Positions 23,630 to 37,232 of a stretch of DNA of 64,000 nt are shown piece by piece. Every line of letters begins with the position of its first letter. The stretch's first letter is position 1. Position numbers and translations under genes: made by a program. The stretch lies in the NCBI GenBank assembly GCA_964016885.1, contig OZ024740.1, positions 64,294,001-64,358,000 of the forward strand. Direction: 5' to 3'. Source of the DNA: Eledone cirrhosa (Eukaryota). Under the pieces are notes generated by a model. That model was not told the origin of the DNA. It saw only the letters and a list, made by a program, of their open reading frames with translations, and searched no databases.

Positions 23630-26600
23630 ATGGCCAATATAAGAGTTGGATGTGTGAACGTACGCGGCCTGGGGATGCCCTGGAAACAGGGCAAACTCTT
23701 AAACGACCTCAGGTCGCACAGTTTGGATGTGGTAGCCATTTGCGAGTCCAGGATCCACGGCGAGCGACAGCTGGCCCCCATCTTCGATGACTTTGAGATC
23801 TACGCATCTCTCTGTCAACCGGGGGGTGGGGGCGGAGTTGCCGTTTTGCTGCGGAAACACCTGGGCCTCGTAACACAGACGGTACATCTGGACCCGGAGG
23901 GTCGACTGGTGGTCCTAGACGTTGACGGTAGTGAAGGTGGAGCGTTCAGGCTGGTGGCCGCATATGCCCCATCCGGGACACCGCGGCCAGACTTCTTCAA
24001 ACGTCTAGAGACTTTTCTGGGAACGTCCCGCTCCTTGCTTTTAGTGGGGGACTGGAATGGAATCCTAGATGCACGTTGGGACTATGTGGGAGCATGTCCC
24101 GATAAAGGGGGGTGTAACAGCCTCAAACAGTTAATCGACCGATTTGACCTGGCCGATAGATATCGACTAGATTTTCCGACTGCGCCACTGTGGACGTGGA
24201 GTAATCGTAGCGGAACATCTAGATCGTACCTAGATAGGGTTCTAGTTAGAAATAAGGATAGGGACATGTTAAGCTGTCCACAAATGTTCATGGTTGCCTA
24301 TTCAGATCACAAACTAGTGACCTGCATGGCCAACCTTGATAGAACCCATAGACAAGGACCCGGCTACTGGAAGCTGAACTTGTCGTTACCGACAACCAAA
24401 GCCTACAGTAGACGGATTAGCACTTTAGTTAAACAGCACTTGACAGGGGCCATTGTCAACAACAGATGGTGGTACTCTCTCAAGAGGGCAGTTAGATTAG
24501 ACTCGATAGTTTTTAGTAAAGAATTAGCGTTAGATAGAAATAGAACCGAGAAGGAACTGGTAGATAAAGTAGAAGAGGCTATTAGAAGTGGCAACGTAGC
24601 CAGCGTGCTAGCAACGAGAACGGCCTTGGACCAGTTCTTCGACGCAAAGCACGAGGGCTGCGTTGTCAGAAGCAAAATACGTGCTCTGGGAAACGAGGGA
24701 GCCAAAGCTGTTAGCTGGGCCCGAGTGACGGAGGCAAAAAGTGGCAACAAGTCCACGATTCGGTCTTTGAAGGACCAAAACGGACGCGTGATACGTGAGC
24801 CGAAGCAGATGTGTGCGGCTTTTCAGCGGCACTTTGCTCGGCTGTTCGGGGGGAGCGGCGCGCCGGGAGAGGCTATGGATTTCGGTCCATACCTCGACGG
24901 CCTACCGCGACTCTCGGACAGCGAGGCGAAGTTCTGCGAAAAGCCGATTTCAGCCACTGAGATAGGGGACGCGCTGAGCCAATGCGGCAAACGCAAATCT
25001 CCAGGTCTCGACGGTCTACCCTACGAATTTTACGTAGCAATGCCGGACTTATTCTCCGGTCTCCTGGAAGCGGTCTACTGCAACTGGCAACAGAACGGGA
25101 GAATTCCCAGTTCTGTAACCGGGGGCGTGGTCACACTAATCAGGAAGGACGAGAATAAGGGGGATGACATAGGCAACTTCCGGCCCATAACTCTGCTAAA
25201 CACAGAGTTACAGATTTTGGCCAAGGTGTTGGCAAAGAGGCTGGCGCTTGTCGTCGAGAACCTGGTGGGAGAAGCGCAGACATGCGCGATCCCGACCAGG
25301 TCCATACACGACAACCTCCACCTCATGCGATACATCATAGAGAGGGTAGGGTGTAAACCCGGCTTCGGTGGGGCCCTGATCAACTTGGATCAGTCTAAGG
25401 CTTTCGATAGGGTTGACCATCGTTACCTGGATGCGGTGCTCGAGGCGGCAGGCTTCGGACCCGTGTTCAGGGGCTGGATTGCTGCAATGCACAACAGCAA
25501 CATCTGCTCAAGGGTCAAGGTGAACGGTTACCTCTCGGAGCCGTTCCATATTACGCGATCCATTCGACAGGGATGCCCTCTCTCCTCCCTTCTGTACGTA
25601 CTGACTCTCGAGCCACTACTGCGGAAGCTGGAGCTATTGCAGGGCATCCCTCTGGAACCGGGACTGCGGAAAGCGGCGTCGGCCTACGCCGACGACGTGA
25701 CAGTAATGGTGTCGAGCGCCTCGCAAATCGGGGAGGTCGGCACCTTACTGTAGGAATACGAAAGGTTCACAGGAGCGAAGCTGAACCGGGACAAATCCGT
25801 CGGTTTGCAACTCGGAACGTGGAGAGGCAAACCGATGCCTTCCGATGGCGTCGTCGGACGCTGGACGGAAGGACCGGTAAAGCTGCTCGGTGTGTGGTTT
25901 GGTCCGGACCTCCAGGTGGAGAAGAACTGGAACGAGGTGACGGCCAAGGTGTTTGCGCTCACCCAGAAGTGGGCCGAGTGCAAACTATCCTTGAAAGGTC
26001 GAGCGGAGGTGGCGAACACTTTTATAGCGTCCGCCATCTACTACCGCTTGACCGTCGTGCCTTGTCCAGCCAAAACGCTCGCCAAAATGGAGCGCGCCCT
26101 CTTCCGATTCCTTTGGAAGAGGCGGGCTCCTTTGGTAAGAAGATCCATCTGCTGCCAACACCCTTCTAACGGAGGGCTGGGGATGCCGTGGTTGACGATG
26201 CGCAAACACGCGCCCAGGCTGCGGCATCTCTACGTATTCCTCACCGGACAACCGGTGTGGGCCCCGTTCGTGAGGCGAGCCTTCCCACGACTCGTCTCGC
26301 TGACCGAGCTGCAGTCCTGGGTCAAGCAGAGACCGAGGAAAATGGGCGACTGGCACATCGAATGTGCTCAGGCGCTCACAGCCCTCTGGCAGGCGGACCC
26401 GGCGATCAGTGGAGACTCCACTTCGTCATTCTATAGAGGGTTGGTCCGCAGCAAGTGCGACGACGCGCTCGGTGAAACTCTAGGCGTGGAGGAAGATGAA
26501 CTGGCCAGTCTGTTCGGTAGGACCTTCCGCCCGGGACCGATGGACAACTTCCAAAAGTCCCTGGCCTGGCAGTGCTACCGAGGAGCTCTACCAGTTAGCG

Positions 26601-27067
26601 ACAAGCTCTACAGACATGGGCGCCCGGGCAGGGACCCTGCAAAAAAGATCTGTCCGAGGTGCGTGCGAGACGAAGAAACCGTCGCGCACGCATTCATACA
26701 CTGCCCGGGCGTCACTGACCTGTGGGGCTATGTAGAACGACTATTGTCGCGGGTGGGACCAATCCAGTTGACCACCGAGTCCATTGTCATGATCAAACCG
26801 CCACCCTCCTTCAAAAACGAAGGAGAGGCGGTTTTCCTTTGTGTGATAGCTATGGCGAAAGAGGTTGTATGGTGGACAAGGTTGAAAGGGCTGAGGTCAG
26901 ACACCTTTCTCTCCGGCCAACAACTGATTCTTTTTTTCAAATACCACTTTGGAAGAAGAATCAGGATGGAGAGAGAGGTGCTGTACCCCAGCAAGTTCTA
27001 TGAAAGGTGGGTGAAAGTGGCGAGAATGGCCCGAGTGAATGGGCCTTCTCTCTATATCAGCCTGTAG
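23630..27067 (+). CDS. LINE ORF2: APE endonuclease, RT and C-terminal zinc finger; one in-frame TAG at 25751-25753
   Basis: NVRGL, GDWN, SYLDR, SDH, GPGYWKLN, KSPGLDG, FRPITLLN, KAFDRV, RQGCPLS, YADD, CPRC..ETVAHAFIHC; ORFs 23630-25753 and 25805-27067 share a frame. Confidence 0.92.
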
Positions 27068-27327
27068 GTTGAGGAAAAGGAGGAGGAGAGGAAAGGAGTA
27101 CAAGCTCTTCGTACTACTGGAGATGAGGGTTGCACATTTTTTTCGGGGGTCTGTGTTACCCATATAAACTGTCTCCCTCTATTGGGGAAAATCGACTAAC
27201 TTTTAAATTCCATCTGTGATAACATTTTACACGTTTTTATTGTATGTAAACTTCCCCCTTTGTATTTGTCCCCTTCTTTTGTGCCCCTGTGGCTAATAAA
27301 GAAATATATCTATCTATCTATCTATCT

Positions 27328-30048
27328 ATAAAGTAGAAGAGGCACTTAGGAGTGGCAACGTAGCCAGCGTGCTAGCGACGAGAACGGCCTTGGACCAGTT
27401 CTTCGATGCAAAGCATGAAGGCTGCGTTGTCAGAAGCAAAATACGTGCTCTGGGAAACGAGGGAGCCAAAGCTATTAGCTGGGCCCGAGTGATGGAGGCG
27501 AAAAGTGGCAACAAGTCCACAATTCGGTGTTTGAAGGACCAAGACGGACGCGTGATACGTGAGCCGAAGCAGATGTGTGCGGCCTTTCAGCGGCACTTTG
27601 CTCAACTGTTCGGGAAGGGTCGCGCGCCGGGAGGGGCTATGGATTTCGGTCCATACCTCGACGGCCTACCGCGACTCTCGGACAGCGAGGCGAAATTTTG
27701 CGAAAGGCCGATTTCAGCCGCTGAGATAGGGGTCGCGCTGAGCCAATGCGGCAAACGCAAATCTCCAGGTCTTGACGGTCTACCCTACGAATTTTAAGTA
27801 GCAATGCCGGACTTGTTCTCCGGTCTCCTGGAAGCGGTCTACTGCAACTGGCAGCAGAACGGTAGAATTTCCAGTTCTGTGACCAAGGGCGTAGTCACGT
27901 TAGTCAGGAAGGACGAAAAATAAGGGTGATGACATAGGCAACTTCCGGCCCATAACTCTGCTAAACACAGAGTTACAGATTTTGGCCAAGGTGTTGGCAA
28001 AGAGGCTGGCGCTTGTCGTCAAAAACCTGGTGGGAGAAGCGCAGACATGCGCAATCCCGACCAGGTCCATACACGACAACCTCCACCTCATGCGATACAT
28101 CATAGAGACGGTAGGGTGTAATCCCGGCTTCGGTGGGGCCCTGATCAACATGGATCAGTCTAAGGTTTTCGATAGGGTTGACCATCATTACCTGGATGCG
28201 GTGCTCGAGGCAGCAGGCTTCAGACCCGTGTTCAGAGGCTGGATTGTTGCAATGCACAGCAGCAACATCTGCCCAAGGGTCAAGGTGAACGGCTACCTCG
28301 CGGAGCCGTTCCATATCACGCGATCCATCCGACAGGGATGCTCTCTCTCCTCCCTTCTGTATGTACTGACTCTCGAGCAACTACTGCGGAAGTTGGAGCT
28401 ATTGCAGGGCATCCATTTGGTACCGGGACTACGAAAAGCGGCGTCGGCCTACGCCGACGACGTAACAGTAATGGCGTCGAGCACCTCGCAAATCGGGGAG
28501 GTCGGCACCTTACTGTAGGAATACGAAAGGTTCACAGGAGCGAAGCTGAACCGGGACAAATCCGTCGGTTTGCAACTCGGAACGTGGAGAGGCAAACCGA
28601 TGCCTTCCGATGGCGTCGTCGGACGCTGGACGGAAGGACCGGTAAAGCTGCTCGGTGTGTGGTTTGGTCCGGACCTCCAGGTGGAGAAGAACTGGAACGA
28701 GGTGACGGCCAAGGTGTTTGCGCTCACCCAGAAGTGGGCCGAGTGCAAACTATCCTTGAAAGGTCGAGCGGAGGTGGCGAACATTTTTATAGCGTCCGTC
28801 ATCTAGTACGGATTGACCGTCGTGCCTTGTCCAGCCAAAACGCTCACCAAAATGGAGCGCGTGCTCTTCCAATTCCTTTGGAAGAAACGGGCTCCTTTGG
28901 TGAGAAGATCCATCTGCTGCCAACACCCTTCAAACGGAGGGCTGGGGATGCCGTGGCTGACGATGCGCACACACGCGCTCAGGCTGCGGCACCTCCACGT
29001 ATTCCTCACCGGACAACCGGTGTGGGCCCCGTTCGTGAAGCGAGCTTTCCCACGACTCGTCTCACTGACCGAGCTGCAGTCCTGGGTCAAGCAAAGACCG
29101 AGGAAAATGGGCAACTGGCACATCGAATGTGCTCAGGCGCTCAAGACCTCTGGCAAACGGACCCGGCGATCAGTGGAGGCTCCACTTCGACATTCTATAG
29201 AGGGTTGGTCCAAAGCAAGTGCGACGATGCGCTCGGAGAAACTCTAGGCGTAGAGGAGTACGAACTGGTCAGTCTATTCGGTAGGACCTTCCGCCCGGGA
29301 CCAATGGACGACTTCCAAAAGTCCCTAGCCTATTAGTGCTACCGAGGAGCTCTACCAATTTGAGACAAGTTCTACAGACACGGGCGCCTGGGCAGAGACC
29401 CTTCGAAAAAGATCTGTCCGAGATGCGTTCGCGACGAGGAAACCGTCGCGCACGCATTTGTACACTGCCCGGGCGTTACCGACCTGTGGGGCTATGTAGA
29501 ACGACTATTGTCGCGGGTGGGACCAATCCAGTTGACGACCGAGTCCATTGTCATGATCAAACAGCCACCCTCCTTCAAAAACGAGGGGGAGGCGGTTTTC
29601 CTATGTGTTATGGCTATGGTGAAAGAGGTTATATGGTGGACGAGGTTAAAAGAGCTGAGGTCCAACGAGAAACTGATTCGTTTTTTCAAATATCATTTTG
29701 AAAGAAGAATCAGGATGGAGAGAGAGGTGCTGTACCCCAGCAAATTTTATAAAAGGTGGGTGAATGTGGCAAAGATGGCCCGAGTGGTTGGGCCTTCTCT
29801 CTATATAAGCCTGTAGGTTGAGGAAAAAGAGGAAGAGAGGAATGGAGTACTCACTCTTGGTGCTCCTGGAGATGAGGGTTGTATATTTTTGCGGGGTGTG
29901 TACAACCCCTGTGTAACACCTCCCCCCTATTGGGGATTTCAATTGTTATTTGTTATTTTATTAATAGTTTTATTTTCATATACCTCTATGTAAACTCCCC
30001 ATTTGTATTTGTCCCCTTATTTTGTGCGCTTGTGGTTAATAAAGAAAT
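27328..30048 (+). mobile_element. 5'-truncated, disrupted tandem copy of the Tx1-like LINE
   Basis: Aligns to 24564-27306; several stops and frameshifts; AATAAA then (TATC)n. Confidence 0.93.
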
Positions 30049-30066
30049 TTATCTATCTATCTATCC

Positions 30067-30113
<47 letters not shown>

Positions 30114-30259
30114 AATCTATCTATCTATCTATCTATCTATTTGTCTCTCTTTCTGTCTGCCAATCTGTCTGCCTAGCTCTGTTTATCTCTAAATGCCTGA
30201 ACACTCTTATAATACATATATAGGCATACATATATACATATATTAAAGCGTATATATAT

Positions 30260-30346
<87 letters not shown>

Positions 30347-30447
30347 ATATTATGTATATTTACTCCAATAATTTGTTGAGTCCTTTATATCAGTTATAAA
30401 AATATTTTAAGCTTGTTGTATCCCAACAAATTAAATATAACCTCTGC

Positions 30448-30508
<61 letters not shown>

Positions 30509-30509
<1 letters not shown>

Positions 30510-30732
30510 CAAAGGAATTGTGGTAAGGAACCATATGGACCATAACGCACCAGAACCAGAGGACTCAATACTTAGGGTAGTAGAGTGGGAAATAGGAAAA
30601 AGTGTGACCCCGACGGCAGAGCTCAAGCCGTTTCGACGGCTATTTCTGGACTGAAATAGCCAGAAATAGACGTCCAGAAATAGCCGTCGAAACGGCTTGA
30701 GCTCTGCCGTCGGGGTCACACTTTTTCCTATA
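30509..30732. mobile_element. Fold-back member of the half-hammerhead family
   Basis: ~60-bp perfect inverted arms at ~30593-30651 and ~30672-30730; (TA)n-flanked. Confidence 0.8.
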
Positions 30733-31169
30733 CAAATATATATATATATATAATCGCACCCACACACATTTATATATACATTGGTGCATGTGCGTGTGTG
30801 TGTATATGAACGGCTTCGGGATATATTTTGCAGAGCAGATAATATATTGCTATCTACTGTAGATATGAAAATGTTTTGAGTTCGTAAAACTATTTAGTCT
30901 ATTCAGGCGTGCTACCAAATATCAAAGAGTCATGTGAGAACAAAGAACACATGTGAATATGAAATTGTTTTACTTTGGGAGAGTTCTGATGTCAATAACG
31001 AACTGCACACATTCACACACACACACACAGACACACACACACATATATATATATATATGTGTGTGTGTGGAGAGAGAGAAAGATAGAAATGTTTAAAAGT
31101 ATGTTCCATATATATATATATATGTACATACATACAGATAGACAGAGAAATAGATTGTCACTTGCATAC

Positions 31170-31216
<47 letters not shown>

Positions 31217-32121
31217 TATATACATATATGTATGTGTGAGAGCAAGTGTGTAATTGTTTGAAGGCTTTCAATTATTTAGGATTGTATGTGTTTGCACAGA
31301 TTTATAACCTATCATGTATAAAGATAATTTCTAGTGTACTCATTAGCAGTATTCATAATAGATGAAAGTAAATATGATACGATTCATAACATATGCACAC
31401 ATGCATGCGAAGTAATATATACACATCTTTTCCAAATACACCCAAAATCACATCAACGCAGATTATCATAAAGATCTACATAAGTTTTAATATTAAATAG
31501 TGAGTCTTGTATAAAATATCTGGCGGTAAATAAATACATACATATACATATATATAAATATATATTGTTATACTTGGGGAGGGTCATATTTGTGTAATAT
31601 TGCCAGAATTAATAACAGAACACACTCACTGTTTGGTAGGTTTTCGCTTTTCGCTTCTGTGTCTTTTATATCGGTAATCTAATTTATTCGGTCCTCAATG
31701 TTGCCATTGACTGACCAACAGTCAAAAATAATACAGATACAATATAGACACAAACACATATATATAGTTTATCAAAGTTCTTTCGTTGCACATCTGCAAC
31801 ATCGTCAGTGGTGCTATTGTTTCCTCCCGTTACATTGTATGTCTACGCCATATATACATATACATTAGGTCCGAACACAATGGAACCATACTTCTACTGT
31901 CACAGCGTCCATCTCTCTCACGATGAATCCCTATTACACACACATACACATATATATGTATACACACACACACACACTTATATATGTGTATATACACACA
32001 CACACACACACGCACATTCACATACACATATGTATATATATATATACATACACACATACATACACACATATATATATATGTATATACACGCACACACACA
32101 CACATATATATATATGTATAT

Positions 32122-32208
<87 letters not shown>

Positions 32209-32517
32209 CATGAATCCATAACTTCTGGTTGAGTCGCAGGGGCGCCGTAATTACTTACGGCACTTCTTGGGCATTTTGAAATATGGTGGAGGACATCACT
32301 TCGCTAGGTCTGAATATAGCCGATTTCTGCCACAAATGGTGGGAGAGTGATAGACAGGAAGTAAGAAGGAGATATCGAGGAAAAATCGATCCCATTACGG
32401 GACTGGTACAGAATGACGGATGATATGCAAAGTTGACATCAGTGGGATTTGATCTCAGAGTCTAAAGAGACAAAACGAATGCTGCGAAGCATACTCTCCG
32501 ACATTCTAACGACTCTG

Positions 32518-32549
<32 letters not shown>

Positions 32550-33136
32550 GACATATATATGTCAATGCACATTTGTATATTCATAAAATGAATACGTATT
32601 TGTATATTCGCATATGTATATAACTAACTATGTGTATATGTACGTATATTTCATGCCATCTCATTAAATTTTGTTTCAAGCTATACTACTGGCGCTCGTC
32701 GAAACTATAGTGGGAGTGTCTGCGGCGATATAATTACAGACTTATATGTCGGTCAAATTGAATTTTTTGAAGTTCTACTGTTTGAAGCGAATTATTAAAA
32801 GAATCGGGCAAAATATATAAAATCTAGGCGGAGAAGAGCATCTTTAGAGGTATGTGGCGTGGTGGGTAAGAGATGCTGTGATGCTGTTTGCTGTGGGTTT
32901 GCTATGATATCCGTTCGTATATTTCAATAAAGAGATGTATTGATTTTCGCATGAAATTATAACGTAATCGAATTTATGTAAAACCCCCAAAAAACTGCGT
33001 GTGAATGTATGCATGTATATATCAATTGGCATATATATACACATGCATATTTAATGTATGTATGCATTTGTACTTGTATGTACACACACATATACATACA
33101 TACATACATACATACATACATACATACATACATAAA

Positions 33137-33179
<43 letters not shown>

Positions 33180-33484
33180 ATAGGCAGGTAAAAATATATA
33201 GACCGACCAACTGAAATCCAGAGGGCGCATTTGAATATAATTATTAAGGCCAGTTACTACAGTGACACCATACCAGGTGCGCACGTTTCCTTAGCTCCGA
33301 CGACCAACGTGTTCAATCTGTATATTTTCCGGTTCATTTTCATAGGCACTGTCTGAGCAAGGTGGTCCTCAAGGATAACGAAACGTACGCACCTTGTATG
33401 GCGCTGCTGTAGTAACAGACCTTAATAATTATATTCAAACTCGTCCTGCCGACTTCTGTTTGTTTATACCTTTGATATCTTACC

Positions 33485-33487
<3 letters not shown>
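33180..33487. mobile_element. Imperfect palindromic MITE-like element in (TA)n
   Basis: tttgaatataattattaagg..gttactacag mirrored by ctgtagtaac..ccttaataattatattcaaa. Confidence 0.6.
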
Positions 33488-33524
<37 letters not shown>

Positions 33525-33526
<2 letters not shown>

Positions 33527-33895
33527 TGACCCCTTAGCCTTTGTTAAGGCTGAATTCTAGGAGAAGGAAAACTCTGATATAACACCAGCAACCCTGATGG
33601 TATCCAATGATGTTGACTTGTTCTTCTTTTTGGTAAATATCATCTTGGTTAAGAGAGTGGGATTGGCTTTGTGCAGTGCCTTTGCTCACTATAAAAGCTT
33701 CACGGCACAGGCATTGCTTTATATCTGGAGATCTCTCTGCATTTGTCGTCACATGGTACCACTATGTGTCAATAATTGTCACAAGTGTAGTGTTTGTACC
33801 AGAGTTTTCAAGTCGTCGCTGGCTGGACTAAAAAATACCACTCGTTCAGCGCATCGGTAGGGGTTCTCTCCTACATGGATATAAAGTAGTGGCCA

Positions 33896-33941
<46 letters not shown>

Positions 33942-34197
33942 TGGCTGCCTACTCGTTTTCGAGTACGGCCACTACTTTATATCCATGTAGGAGAGAACCC
34001 CTACCGATGCGCTGAACGTGTGGGATTTTTTAGTCTAGCCAGCGACTTGAAAACTCTGGTACAAACACTACACTTGTGACAATTATTGACACATAGTGGT
34101 ACCATGTGACGACAAGTGCAGAGAGATCTCCAGATATAATGCAATGCCTGTGCCGTGAAGCTTTTATAGTGAGCAAACGCACTGCACAAAGCCAAGG
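33525..34197. repeat. Unclassified repeat as an inverted pair (33525-33898 and 33938-34197) around (TA)n; third copy at 50292-50697
   Basis: High identity among three copies, all ending in gccaccat at a microsatellite. Confidence 0.8.
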
Positions 34198-34229
34198 TAT
34201 ACATACATATATATACATATACATATATA

Positions 34230-34296
<67 letters not shown>

Positions 34297-34419
34297 ATGT
34301 GTGAGTTTTAGTCTGTGTGTGTGTGTGTGTGTGTATATGTGTGAGTTTTTATCTGTGTGTGGGTGTATGTGCGAGTTTTTGTCTGAGTGTGTGTATTGTC
34401 TTCATAATTGAGATGAGAA

Positions 34420-35780
34420 ATTATTATAAACAGCTGTGCTCATGGATGATACGCAACCATCTTACACTGGCTTTTATTCCAGATCGTCAAACCTTTACCT
34501 ACCACTTTTACTGTACATGGCAGCAGGTCTAATGAGGTCATATACAGATTTCACCGACTATCATCAGAACAACTTGGACATAGTCGATCCATATTTAGCT
34601 TAGACGTCTCCCTCTACACACCAGTACCTGCCCGCCCAGCTGTCAATCTAGTGACCGACTGTAATATTTATCAGAACATATACTGCTTCTGACTAACTGA
34701 ATCCGAAATACTCCGACTCCTATCCAACATTGTGGACAACACCTACTCCACCTTCCATCAGTACACCTACAAACAGGCGCCTATCTATGGAATTCAGTCA
34801 GTCAGGTCGACTGGCCATCACATATATAATCCAGCTGGAATGCCCTGCGTTCAACACCTGCTACACATGTGCTTTCTTCACCAGGTACATAAATGATATT
34901 CTTATGCTTACTCCCTCCCCTGAAGAGGCCGCCATGTTATCCAAGATGTTTGCGAACGTGGACGGTAATATATGGTTCAGCGTAGAATACACTCACAACA
35001 CTGAATCCTGTCCCTACTCTATTTCCAGCTAAGGGTGACGGGAGAGGGTGACATCCCTACGAACTCCTGCAGATAACTGTTTGTATATTATAAGTCACCC
35101 TACCGCTTGGTGCCAAAACCGAACACGTGAAGAATGAACTCACACGTATCCGGAACTTATGCAGTAAGGTGAAGGACGAAACTATCCACACGGCACATTT
35201 CCTGGAAGTACTTAAGGTTAATGGATACCTTGCAGCCACCGTGTGTCGTCCTAGGATCCCGTGATGCCAGGAAAATTGGATCTCATCCAACACCTGCTTC
35301 ATGAATCTACCACACTTCAGTGAAAATATAACCATGGTGATCTGTAGAGCCATCCGCAAAGAGGGACTAGATACACATTTAGCCAAGTCTGGCCGTTCAC
35401 TACAAGACCACCTATCGAAAAAGCGACCCAAGGTTAACAAAAGCGAAATGCACTATGGTAAACTGCCCCATTCGTGACAGAGGTATATGCCAGTGAAAAT
35501 ACGTAATATATCGCCTTCAATGCGACAAATACAGTGACTTTAACATCGGTAGTACCGTTAGACCTCTTCATTCTCGCATTAAAGACATCATAATGCATAT
35601 GTATCCTCCTTCAGGTAACTCTTAGACAAATTCAAAAACAATAACAGATACATAACAATTACTATCGAAGCCAGGGAAAGGAACTTAGGCAACCATAGAA
35701 TCAAAGAAAGAATATTAATAATTCGGTGAAACCCACAATTCAACAATAGATTAGAACACAGCACACAATACTTAACTTAA
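34420..35780 (+). mobile_element. Degenerate PLE (RT and GIY-YIG remnant)
   Basis: RYINDILML, NELTRIRNLCS, NCPI..GIC..YVIYRLQC..NIGSTVRPLHSRIK. Confidence 0.7.
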
Positions 35781-37192
35781 AAGCGCATACACGCATCCTC
35801 TGACATAATGATATACACATGCATAAGAACAAACTCTAGCAGACACCTAGACAAAACAATAGACATATACATGCACGCAATCCTAAGTCCAAACAGATAA
35901 TTCAATCCAGAATAGCTAAACTATCCAATATATTGCAGCTCGGCACAACATTTCCATCGAAAACATTTAACATAAAACCACAAACAAAAGCACACAATAT
36001 TTGACACATGCCTACAAAACATTATACAGGTCAGTCCACAGAGGACGTCACTTAAGCAGCTATAAATAGATTACCGCTAACAAACAAAGGAAGAAAAATG
36101 GCGAAACGGTAACGACAACAATAGAACGACATAGATCAAGTTTGTTTTTATTATAATCTCCTGACAAATGGTTTTTAGTACAAGTAAATAGAATGACAGG
36201 TGACACAACAACATCTTTGTTGTCTTCAATTTAATCCGAAATCTACCGTCCATTCTGCATTGTCGTAGCCACCTAAAAACATTTGGCATTGTACTTTAAA
36301 ACGATGCTCCACGCAAACTACAAAACCTTCTTAATCAAATAACAATGTGTACTTCAAGCACAAGGCCAGTAATATGGCAGTAGGGGAAAGTAAATTAAAC
36401 TGACTCAATTGCATGACTGGTGCTTTCATTCATCGACCTCGGTAGGATGAAAGGCAAAGTTGATCTCAGCGGGATTTTAAATCAGAATGTAAATAACAGG
36501 AAGAAATACAACAAAGCATTTTATCCGGTGATCAAACAACTCTGCAAATCTACCCTAACCTGGATTTCAGAATGAGAACAATCAATTTATATATATATAT
36601 ATATATACACATATTTTTCCCCCCGCTGTGACCCGTCTATTTCGTTCTTACTGCTTCCCCTTTCTCTGTATCTTTACCCTCTCTAACAGTCACTCTCTCT
36701 GTTATCCTATTCCTCACCCTTCACTCACTCACTCTCTGTTACTACCCCTCCTCCTCCTCCTTCTTCCCGTTTGACCTGTGCGTAATTCTTTTCTTTCGCA
36801 CCCTTGGTAAAGCAGGTTTCCTTTTTTTTCTCTCTCTCGTCTACGATTTCACAGAACTTACGTTCACCGAAATCACAGACTAGATCCCTTCTTCCTCCCG
36901 TTAGACCTGTAAGGAATTCCTTCCTCGCTTACATTCCAACCAGGTTTGATGGTCTTTATTCTCTCTCGTTCACGATTTCACCGAATTTAAATTCATAGAA
37001 ATTTGGGACTTGACTCCTTCTTCCTCACTTTTCGTTGCTTCACCATTTTGTTTGTTTACACTCGTGTTCCCTTTATTTACGTGTCCCAACGACTTTTTTT
37101 AGCCGTTGCTCGCACCAACCGGAGGTATATGGTCTTTAAAGCGATGAAATACCAATGATGGTTGGAAGATCACTGATGAAGGACTAACTTTA

Positions 37193-37231
<39 letters not shown>

Positions 37232-37232
<1 letters not shown>

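Larger units (their letters stand above)
21462..27306 (+). mobile_element. Full-length Tx1-like (L1-clade) non-LTR retrotransposon
   Basis: 5' UTR, ORF1, ORF2, 3' UTR with AATAAA at 27295-27300; (TATC)n on both sides. Confidence 0.93.

Noticed and set aside
28338-29336. 332-aa ORF (and 25573-26169)
   Set aside because: Alternate frame of GC-rich ORF2 that joins the true frame only after a frameshift
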